From contig JAUFOR010000005.1 of assembly GCA_040285745.1 (NCBI GenBank), positions 620,001 through 684,000 of the forward strand: a DNA stretch of 64,000 bases, given 5' to 3'. The stretch's first letter is position 1; each line of letters begins with the position of its first letter. Positions 38,701-50,700 of this stretch are shown one piece after another. The translations under genes were made by a program, and so were the position numbers. The stretch is from Barthelona sp. PCE. Lineage: Eukaryota. Under the pieces are notes generated by a model that saw only the letters and a list, made by a program, of their open reading frames with translations, did no database searches and was not told where the DNA came from.

Positions 38701-41700
38701 GTTAACCAATGACTGGTTCTGTCTTCCACTCACAGTAAGGCCGAACACTGCTGGCTGGTCGGGAACCAGACGCTTGAGTGTTATCAGCCAAATTGCCATA
38801 ATAAGTGTGTTGGCAGTAACGTTGTGTTCATACGCCATCTTTCTCAGCTGATCGCTATTGTCCAGCGTGAGGATGGTGTCGTGCGACGATGTAGGGCGAG
38901 TCAGGTGCTTCAGGCGATGGTTGCCCAGCTCCTTAGGAAGGTGGGAGAGCCACCAGCCCAAGTTATCGGGTAGACCACGAGCAATGGTGCTGAAACGCTC
39001 ACTGACAGGTACGTCCTCGCCGTCTAGAATGGCCTCGAACATACTGACAATGAGTTCGACGGAAGACCCATCAACAATGGAGTGATGGTGGGTCCATACA
39101 ACGCACGTGGTGCTCTCAGTCTTGGCAAAAACTGTGAAGCGGGATGCAACCATCGTGTGATCGACGGTCCTGGAGAAGGAGTTACGGCACTGTGTGACAA
39201 TCTCCTCCACCTCATGACCATCGTTCGGAATAACGTAGATGACGTCCATTGGGGCGGAAGGCATGTTGATTAGTCCAATGATACCAGTATCCATGAACAA
39301 AAACTCTGTACGCAGTGCTGGGTTGGCGTCTATCAGCTTGGAAAGTGCCTTTTCGACGCAATCAACGTCATGGTTGATCTCGAAGACGCGACTCTCGAGG
39401 TAGTTCTGTGACTCGCGGTTGATAAACACGGGCAACAGAATACCTTGTTGGATGGCTGTGGGGGTGTATATGTCTTCAATGTGGGAAGTATCCTTGTGCT
39501 CGCGAACATATTCGAGCTCCTCCTGCTGAACACCGTAGTCGCGCTCAATGACAACATCGGTGGCCTGCGTGATGCGGCCAATGGTTGCGCTGAGTTCAGT
39601 CTCGAACTCAGCCATTTCATCAGCGAGGTCAGGTGAGTAGTCGATCACCAACTGATATGTGCCATTGCTGCGTGACATGTTGATGTTGATGAGGAAGGGG
39701 AAGTTGTTCTGCGGATGGAAGTCACTATCACCGTATCCGAGAACGTCGAAATCGGTGGTCTTTGTGTTATCCTCGCTCTGAGAGCCAATGTCACCAAGGT
39801 AGTTGACACAGAACTGCGGAAGCTTGCGCTTATGCAGCTTCTTACTCTGAATCAACGTACCGTAGGTGGATGGATTCTGTGACAACGAGCGGCGGAATGT
39901 GCGGATAAATTCGCTAATGTCTTCAGTCATGAACGCTGCAACTGGGAAAAAAGCTGTGAAGAAACCCACAGTGTCCAGTATGTGCGTGCATGTTTCACGA
40001 CCGTGCTGTTCGAGCGTGAGGCCGACATTACGTAAGCTAAACATACGTCCAAAGGTGTGTGCAATCACTGCGAACAGGATCTCGTGAGAGTTGTCAAGCG
40101 GTACTGCCAACGATGTTTTGAATGTAGCATTCATATATGAACCGAACGGCTTGGTTTGCAGCGGCAACATGTCGTAATCGATGCGCTGCCAAAGGTCAAT
40201 GTGTTGAGAAGCGTTCATATCCATAAGAGCAGCGTTTGCAGCAGCCATATCAGTCTGAACAACGGTTGAGGACTTGAGGTCGCCAAGAATACGGGACCAC
40301 GATACAAAATCAACAATGAAGTGATGGATCGCAAATAGGGCGGCATCCTCAAAGCGGAAAATGTGGAAGAGCGGGTCATGTAGTACATCCAGTTCTTCAC
40401 CGACCGCAATGAGTGCTGCTTCTGCCGCTTTAGAAGACTCCACGTGGTGGATCTTGAAGAGTGTTGATACATCGTCGGGTGTGATGCAAATTTTGTGAAG
40501 CTTCACGTCGAATCTACATCTGAAAGAAGTATGTGCGTCAACCATCCTCACCAGACGCGTGTTAAGCGCCTCATCTGTCAGGGTACACTGGACATACATG
40601 CTTTGGAAGAAGTGGCCGGGATACATAAAATTCTGATCAAAGATGAACTGAACTGCATGTGATACGGGCACATTGCTGCCATCATACGACAACAGTGATA
40701 CCTCTGCGGCCATGCTGAGCGCAACAACCTCCGCCAGGCCAATAACAGATGGGTGACCAAAGATATCCTTGAGAGTGAGTGTGAAGCCCAAATCTCGCAT
40801 CTTTGATATGAGTTGAATAGCGCTGATTGAGTCACCGCCCAACTTGAAGAAAGACACGTTGGGATCAAGCGTAGTGAGGTGTAACACGGAGCAGAACACA
40901 TCGTAAACGCTGCGCTGCTTGACAGTCAACCTACTCACGTCATAAACCTCCTCTTCCTGGTTCAGTTGTGTGTGCAACATATAGAACTTGAAGGAGCTAA
41001 TTTGCTTACGATTGGCCTTACCGCTGCTTGTGAGCGGAATTTCATCAAGGAAGACGTAGTCGGCAGGTCGCATATAACCTGGCAGGTTGTTACCTGCTTC
41101 AGCAGTCATTTTTGCGCACAGTTCGTGGTAATTACCTGCCTTCTGGAAGTAAGCAACGATGACAATGTCGCTTGGCTTCTTAACAGGGACTACGATAACG
41201 CTATCACCAATTACACCGGAAAGAACTTGCTCAATTTCACCGAGCTCGATACGGTTGCCGCGGATCTTGACCTGGTGGTCGATGCGGCCGAGGTACTCGA
41301 CGTTCCCGTCTGCGCGCCAGCGCACGAGGTCGCCCGTCTTGTACAGGCGGCCCGCGGCGAACGGGTTCGGCACGAAGCGCGCGCGCGTGAGGTCGGGAGC
41401 GTTGTAGTAGCCGCGAGCGAGCGCGATGCCACCGATGTGCAGCTCACCCGGAACGCCGATGGGGCACAGCTGCATCGCCTTGTTCAGCACGAGCAGCTGG
41501 TTGTTCGCAACTGGTATGCCGATCGGCGGGTTGCTGCGCATGCCAGGCGTGCACTCGTACCACGATGAGTCGATCGTTGTCTCGGTGGGGCCATACAGGT
41601 TGAGCAAGCGGCAGTCGTCGACCTTCTCGAAGAACTGGTCGCACATGACGAGCGGCAGCGCCTCACCGGACTGAACGACGATGCGGAGGCTGGGTAGCTT

Positions 41701-44700
41701 GACGCTGAGCACATCGAGGAACGCGCCGAGCATGCTTGCGACGAAGTGCATGATGGTGACGCGCCTCTCGTTGACGAAGTCGGCGATCTCCCACGGGTTG
41801 TTCTGCGCGCCCGGCTTGAGCAGGTGAAGCTCGGCGCCGAGGACGAACGGAACGAACAGCTCCCAGACAGAGACGTCGAACGAGTACGGCGTCTTCTGGA
41901 TGAAGCGGTCGTCGGCGGTGTACGTGAGGTCGCGCATCCACAGCAGGCGGTTGACGGCGCTGCGGTGCTCGATCGCGACGCCCTTCGGCGTGCCCGTCGA
42001 GCCCGACGTGTAGATGATGTACATGATATCATTAACTGAAGCAGAAGTTATGTACTGCTCAGGATCAATGACAATAGGGTTGATGGCAGACACGTCAACG
42101 ATTTCTGCTTCAAAGTTAGAAGCGATATTCGCAGATTCAGTATTACAAAGCACCTTCATTGTTTTTGAGTGCTGAACGAAATATGATAGTCTGTCAACTG
42201 GGTAGGACGGATCCAGTGGCAGGTAAGCGGCACCGCTAAGGACAATTGCCCAAAGACTTGCCATGAGGTCGAGTGATCTCTCAAAGCAAACACCAATGAC
42301 TTCACCCTTCTGAATGTCTACTGCCTTCGCGATACCCATTGCTCTGTTGAAGAGTTCAATGTACGTCAAGGACTGGCCTATGTGATCGGTGAGCGCAATC
42401 TTTTCCGGCTGAGAACGAATGACGTCGAGCATAAGGTGAGAAACGGTGATTCCGTCTCTTCCAAGGTCGTGCTCGGGAGCAGACACGAACGTCATGGGTT
42501 CAAGCACGTCATATTCGACCATTGGAACTCGGTCAATACATGTGGTAGGGTTGTTGCCGACAACGTGAATAAAGAGAACAAAAGCGTTCATTATCTCCTG
42601 AATGGACTGAGGTTCAAACAGCGATGTCATATATTCGGCAACAAACACGATTTCCTTCTCGCTCTCAACAGCAGTGACGCTCAAGTCGAACTTTGTTGCG
42701 TCAGGCATGAATGAATCTGAAAGATCGTCAACGATAAGGTCGTCCCATTCGTTAGTGATGAGGGACGTCTGCTCGTTAAACTCGTGTGCAAAGAATACCT
42801 GGAAGAGTGGGTTGCGGTTGAGTTCACGATCCTCAACGACAGTTTCTATGATTGCTTCTATTGGAACTGCGGCGCTACGTGCAAGTGCCAGTGCAATACC
42901 CGCCTGATCAATGTAAGCATTGATATCAGACTCAGCGTCGTGTACAAATGCGACTGGGATCGTTTCGACGAAGTAACCAACAGTATCCTGAATTTGAACA
43001 AAATCACGACCAGCTGACGGGACACCTACAATTAGCTTCTCAACTGAGGAGCAGCGCTGGATGAAAGCACCGAACAGACTGAGCAGAAGCTGGAACATTG
43101 AGATCTGGTGCTGCTTTGCAAGTGTTCGTAACCTAGGAAGCACGTTCAGACCACCATCGATATCCTGACCAATGACAACCTGTACAGTGCTGCTGTGGTA
43201 GTCCAGTTCAACAGGACGGGGCAGCGTAGACATGTCAACAGGTTCCGATTCTTTCAGCAGTTCAACCCACTTGTCAAGGCTGGGACTGGTTGTATCCTCA
43301 AGTACTTCGCGCTGGAAAACAGCGTAGTCCTTGAAAGTAACGGATGATGATACGAGGTCAATGGAAGATTTCTTGGGATTCAGATAAAAGAACTCAAGGC
43401 ACTTCTCGATGATTTCAATAGATACACCGTCGACAACACCGTGGAATATGGTCATGACAAACGAAATTGTTCCATCGTCGTTCACGAAATATCCTAATCG
43501 AACGAGACTTTGGTCCAGCACGAATGATTTATGACACGAGAAGGCATACAGATCGTCCAGTGAAGTTGCCTTATAAACAGAATACTTTGCAGTGCTCAAC
43601 ACGCGCATACCCTTGTTGTCTCTCGTGAACACCGATCGTAATGGTTCGAAGTGATTAATCGTCTTCTCAAACGCCACTAATAGCTGATCTAAATCTATAC
43701 ATGGAGTAAAGCGACGGGTGAAGTACGTATGGTACTGTTTGGTATCTCCCACCAAATCGCACACAAACAGCATACGCTGCTGACCGCGTGTAATTGGGTA
43801 CACGTCGCGCTTGGCAACGCGTACAGGGAAGACGGTAACGGAATCGCTTGAATTAAGTAACAGTGCAATGTCTGATAGAGACTTGGCGCTAAACAGATCC
43901 GAAAGACTGAGTGTGGCGTGCTCAGAGAGAACAGCCTTCAAGCGTGCTAATAATAGAGACTGGCCACCGAGCTGGAAGAAGTTCGCGTTGACAGAAATTT
44001 CCTCCTCCGGACGACGGAGCACAGAGGCGACACCCTTAACAACAAGCTGTTCAGCAAGTGTTCGGGGACTAACGACTGCATCTGTCTTGAGGGTGAACTG
44101 CTGCATGAGCTTCTTGCGGTCTATCTTACCGTTCAGTGTGAGTGGCATTGACTTGACAAAGACGTTGTGCTGTGGGTGCATATATTCAGGGAGCATGGAC
44201 GCCTTTAGCACCATGTTCACCTTACTGGGTGTGATGTCACCGTTCACGCTCTGGATGAATGCAACTAAGGCAGCTGTATCCTTACCTAGGTCGTGAACCA
44301 GGACTTCCACATCGACGTTCAATCCCTTAGAGAGAACCACGGAAATTTCATCCAATTCAATGCGGTAACCGCGGATCTTAACCTGGTCGTCAATACGACC
44401 CATGAACTTGATCTCGCCGCTGTCAACCATACAGACAAGATCACCGGAACGGTAACACTTGCAATCGTTGATGACTGGGAACTGAGACGCAGTCAGAGCC
44501 TCTCTGTTGAGATAACCAATGGCAATCTGGTGTCCGTGGAGCAGCAGCTCACCGGGCAAAACCTTAGGAATGAAACGTTGGTTGTGATCAGTGATATCAT
44601 AATCAACACCTGTGAAGGGAGTACCAATCGTGATATCAGCATCCACATCATCCCTCGAGTATACACGTGCTGTCGAGACAACAGTGTTCTCTGTGGGGCC

Positions 44701-47700
44701 ATATGCATTGACAAGAACGCCGTCGTATGTCTTTGAGAAGACGTCACGCACAGCGCTCTGCTTCAGGGCTTCACCACCAACCATAATGCGCTTGATTCCG
44801 TGGAAGCAAGCAGCGTTCTCGGAGGCAAGGTGCGCAATAACAGCGGTAACACTGAACCAGTATTTGAGACCGGTACGCTGCACAAGAGCTCTGAGAGCAG
44901 TACTTTCAACAAGGTGCTTGTCTGTGAACACAGCGAACACACCCTTGTGGAACATTGTTGAGAACACCTCCATCGCAGCGGGATCGAAAGACGGATTCAC
45001 AGATAATGACACGATAGAATCTTCCTCAACTGCAATACATTTGTTATGAACAAGGTTCAACATACAGCTCGATGAGACCTGCACACCCTTTGGTTTACCC
45101 GATGTACCTGAAGTGTAAATTGTATATAGATGACGGTCATCAAAGGCGGGCAAAGAGCCAACATCGAGCACAGCGTTACTATAACTCAGCATTTCAATTG
45201 AAGGTATGAATGTGTGCTCATACATATCCGTGAAGCTACCATCAGTGATGATGACCGGGGCGTTCGAGTCCTCAACCATGTAATGAATACGCTCAGCACC
45301 GATCTTGGGATGTAGAGGTAAGTATGGCTTCTGTAGGAGACCAGCCACAATAATACCGACGATTTGCGCCAATCCACGTTCAGAAACAACCGCGATGTGT
45401 TTGAAATCGAAGCTGACACTGTTGGAAATTTGAGAGGCAACCTCGAGCGCGATGATTGCTACATCCATGTAAGAAACTGTTGAGTTGGGGAAGAGAAGCA
45501 TGGGCTTCTGTGGGTGTTCAGCAGCATACTTGATGACTGACGAGGCAATGTCCAACTCTGGCTCCTCATTGAAGGATGGTTCAGGAGCCAACGTGTGCGA
45601 TAGACTGAAGAGATCAATGTCAAAGATGTGCATTGCAGCGTTCTTTGCAAAGTGCGTAAGAACAGCGTTGATCATGGTACCCATTGCATCGATCTGGCTC
45701 TTTGTGTAGAAGGTATTCTTATACGAAAGCTCAATTACCATATCATCAGCGCGTGGCTGAACAATACATGAGAGAGGATATTCTGAAACCTCGTGCACAT
45801 CAACGGGTGCAAAGCTTAACTTTGAACTGTCAGCGTCCGCGTCGAAGCTGGCGAAATTCTCAAACACATAGAGACTGTTGTAGAGTTCAGATGAAGAACT
45901 CTGCGCAGCCGTGTCGACGTCGTACATGGAGTACTCGCTGATCTGTCCCATGAGCTTATGCACGGTCTCAGCGAGCGTCTCAAGAGTACCACTGCTGACT
46001 GAAACGATGAACGGGACAGTGTTAATCATAATTGACAACACGCGTTCTGCGTCATTAAAGGCGTTACGACCAGATGACACGATACCGACCGTGATGTCAT
46101 TTTGTCTGAGGATGGAAGACAACACAATGGACCAAACGCTCAACACAAGAGAGTTCATGGTTACACCAATGTGACTACATGTCGTCTTGAGCCTCTCGGT
46201 CAAAGTGCTGTCAACTGTGAAATACACCGAGTCGTGACTGGGTACAATGGATGTGAGCTCCTGGGGTGTGAGCCACTGTTCGAGAATGCTGGATTGTGCG
46301 TTTGCAATCTGCTTCTTCCAGAAATCAGCAGCGGCCTTCTCATTAATCGCGTGCACGTATGAGTATACGTGTTTGGCGAGAGTTCTGTAGCTCACGACAT
46401 CACTTGAAGGGGTTTCACCAGCAGCTATCGCCTCATAAGCCTCCAACAGACAACTCATCAGAAGACTGAGAGAGTGACCGTCCAAAACAATGTGGTGGAA
46501 GGTGAAGAGGAGATGCTCATCACTGAAGCAAATGTCAAATGAGAGTGATGATGCAACGCGATCCATTGCAGATGGCTTGGAAGCGAAAACATCATCCACG
46601 TAATGGACTGGTACAGTAACAGCGTCAGCCGGGGTAACAACCATGTGACCGACACCGTTGATGTCGATGAAACGACATCGAAGAACTTCACTCAGAGACA
46701 TTATGTGAGCTACTGCCTTTCTAAACACTTCATGGTCAATAACATGTGAGATCTCGTATACCGACTGGATGACATAGTCCCTACTGTCACTGATGTTAGA
46801 ATGGAACAGCATTCGCTGCTGGATGGGAATAAGAGGTAGTACAGCCTCAACACTCTCGTTAATCTTACTGAGCAAATTATACTGCTGGTTAGTTGACAGG
46901 ATGGTTAGATCCAAGTCAGGTGTCTTGTGTGGTTCGGAAACTGCGAACACGTCACATAGACTGAACAAGCACTCCTGCATGTCGTCTAGAACACGTTGCA
47001 TGACGTTCACATCGAGCTTAACCTCTGAAAATGCAAAGTCTACAGACAATCGTCCATTCATGACCACAGCATTACACAACAGATCGGCGAGCATTTGGTT
47101 ATCCAGTGATACATCGAGACCGGCTGTGTAGTCGGAGAACCCAAAGGATGAAGTCTCGCTCTTTGCACCCGAATTGCCCATCACACCCATATAATTAAAC
47201 AGAATAGAGGGTGATTCAAATTCAATGTCGTTCGAGAAGAACGAAAGAGGGAGGTATGGGAGACCGTTCATTGGGGAAGCGCGTTTCTGAGCACCAATGA
47301 TGGCGCAGATGATGCGCAAGTCGGAGATATCACCAACCTTGAAGTGGACAGGATAGATTGAAGTAAACCAACCAACGGTACGAGATAGGTCAATACCAAG
47401 GAACTCCTCTCTACCGTGGCTTTCGAGGCCAATGATAACGGAGTTCGAATCGCAGTACTTCCGCAAAGCCATGTAAAGACTGGTCAACAGCAGTGTCTCC
47501 AGTTTAACATCAACATCAAGAAGCTGCTGGGTTTTTTCACTTGAGAGCTGGATGGAAACCACCTCAGCCTCAGTGCCGACAGTCAGCAGATCTGGGTGCT
47601 TCGAGGGAAGGCGGAACGGCGGGATAGATTCGTAATAGTGAACGAACTTGTGCCCGACTGATTCAACGAAGGCAGTTAGTGCGTCTACGTAATCTGCAAC

Positions 47701-50700
47701 AGAGTGTGTCTTCAGCGGAAGTTCATGTTCCACCTCGTGGCGGTGTGCAAAGACATCGTTGAGATCGTCCAGTAAAATACGCCACGAGACCAAATCGATG
47801 ATGAGATGATGAATGGCGAGAATAGCATGTGAACCACAAAAACATGTTCGGATGATCGGGCCAGATGTGATGTTCAGCGATGACTGCAATTCGGTGCCCT
47901 TCTCGTTGAAGAAGTCCTGGAGATCTTTAGGGGAAACTGCGTCCGCCAGCTCAAAATCAATTTTTAGCTCGTTCATGAAACGCTGACGTGGTACGATTTC
48001 GTTGGAGAACAGCGCACGGAACGCATCATGAGCGTTAAATACAGTAATCAAACACTTCTTATAATCCTCATACGTGCAATCGTGGGGGACGGTTAGAACG
48101 AATGCTTGATTGAAGTGGTTGGTGTTAAGGAACTCACGCGCAAAGAACCAACGCTGTGCGGGAAGCAATTGCACGTTGCCAACAATACGTGCCTGTGAAA
48201 TAGCGACGGTATCAGAAGTGGGGAGCGTCTCACAGATACGCAGCAATGAATCAATTGTGGGGTGAGAAAACACATCGTTGACCTTGACATTGAACCCCTC
48301 GCGCTTGAGACCGGCAACGAGCTGAATGGCAAGAATGGAATCGCCGCCCAACGTGAAGAAGTTATCGAACAGACCGATGGAGGGTTTCTGGAGAACAGCT
48401 GACCATACATCTGCCATACGCATTTCCATCTGTGTGACAGGTGGTCTGAAGTTCGGGGTGACAGAGGTTTCAAGACTCGACATGTCGGGAAGTGCCTTAA
48501 TATCAACCTTACCATTTGATGTAAGCGGGAACTCTGTGACGAAGCACAGGGCTGAAGGCAGCATGTAGTTGGGAAGGAGGTTGGAAATGAAATCTCGGAT
48601 ATCAGACAGGACCGACTCTGCTTCTTCTTCATAGATTGTGATGACAGGAACAAGATATGCAAGAATACGCTGTTGAGACAGCTTTGTCTTGCGTACTGTA
48701 ACGAATGCGTTCGAAACTGAACCGTGTGCAACAAGCGCACGTTCGATCTCGCCCAGCTCTATTCTAAATCCACGAATCTTCACCTGATCATCAACACGGC
48801 CAACGAACTCAATGATACCGTCGGGTCTCATGAGCGCGATATCACCTGTACGATACAGTGTGTTGTTACGAAGAGGTTTAAGCGTATCTGGAATGAACTT
48901 GTTTGCAGTCAGCTCAGGAGCGTTGATATAACGCAATGCAACACCGTCACCACCGGTAACGAGCTCACCCGGCACACCAATTGGACAGAGTTCAGTAGTA
49001 CCCTGTCGCATAATGTAACAGGTAGAATTCATAACCGGGCGACCGATGGGGATCACATCGTAAACATTAGGGACTTCTGTGATCTCGTGGAAAGTTGCCA
49101 GTGTGGTAGTCTCCGAAGGACCATACAAATTGACTACGTGTTGAGGAGCAAAGTTGAGCATACAAGAGCGGATGGCGCTGCTGTCTGCCTTCTCTCCACC
49201 AAACATAATGTATTTCAATTTTGAGAAGTGGGTGACACTTTCATCGATGCAATGACGGTTGAAAATCGCTGTAGTTAAGAAGACGTGTGTTACGTTATAT
49301 CGTGATAGCGTCTCATCGAAGAGCGATGGGTCAAGCACAACCTGCTTAGGAATGATAACTAATGTCGCACCATTGAGAAGTGTGGTCCAAATCTCCAACG
49401 TTGCTGCGTCAAACGCAACAGTAGAGCACTGCGCGAACACGTCATGGGTTTCGATGGTTGTCCAGTTGGTATTTTGTGTTAGACGCACAATACCGCGATG
49501 AGGTAACAGCACACCCTTTGGCTTTCCAGTTGATCCAGAAGTGTAGAAAATACAGACAGGATCATCGGCAGTCATCTTGCTCAGACAATGGATGCATCGA
49601 TCACTATGGTTCTCTGCATCACTCTGAATGACAGACAAATCATGCACAGTGCATGTCTCGGGGAAGAGACCGAACTTATTGCTTGTTGCGATCGCAAAGA
49701 CGGCCTGAGTATCTTCAAGCATGAACTCGACTCTGTCCATAGGGTAGCTATCAATGATGGGGAGGTAAACACCTCCTGCCTTAACGATAGCCAACATCAG
49801 GACAATGAGCGAAAGGCTTCTATCTACCGCAAAGGCGACAACATCATTGCACTTCAGACCGTGGGCGCGGAGACTGTGAGCCATTGCATTAGAACGGGCG
49901 TGCAGCTCTTCGTACGTGACACGCTCCTTGGTTGCGCTGTCGATGACGGCAATAAGGTTTTTATGATCAGCGGCAATCTTTCCAAAAACGGCATCAACAC
50001 CGTTGGCTGGATACTCACATACGTTTGCATTGAACTGTTCAACGTAGCGCCTGTGCTGTGACTCTGGTGTCTCAAGCATTTCAGCTATTGTGAGTGACGG
50101 GTTTTCAACAACACGGTTGACAACAGACTCACAATGCTCAACGAACTGGTCGATGAATGCACGGGACAGGAGCTCCTTGCGGAAACCGAACTGAACTGAA
50201 TTATTCTCGGGGTACACAGCGATTGTAAGAGGATAATCCGTCTTTCCGGTACCCTCTTCGACTTCGAAGCTTCGCATGTTGTATGGAACCTCAATGTCTT
50301 CGCTGCCTTCAATACTGTTGATGTTCTCAACTACAATGAGGGTGTCAAACAGCTGTTTACCGGGCATGTTAACCCATTTCTGAATTTCACTAAGAGACAC
50401 ATGACTATGGGCGTTGATTTCAACCATAAGTGCTTGGACACTGGTACAAACTTCCTCAAGAGTTCGTGTTCTACGAAGGTCGAACAGGATAGGAAGCGTA
50501 TTGATGAACAAACCGACGGTATCATCGACGTTAAGATCTATTGCACGACCGGACACCGTAGTACCCAGTGAAAGGGTCTCAGTGCTCTGGTAGACTGAAA
50601 GAACAGAAGCAAATATAACCTGGATGAGGGTAGCAATCGTAACCTGATAACTACGAGCCATTGCTTCCAGTGCAATGCCAACTTCGCGACTCATTTCAAT

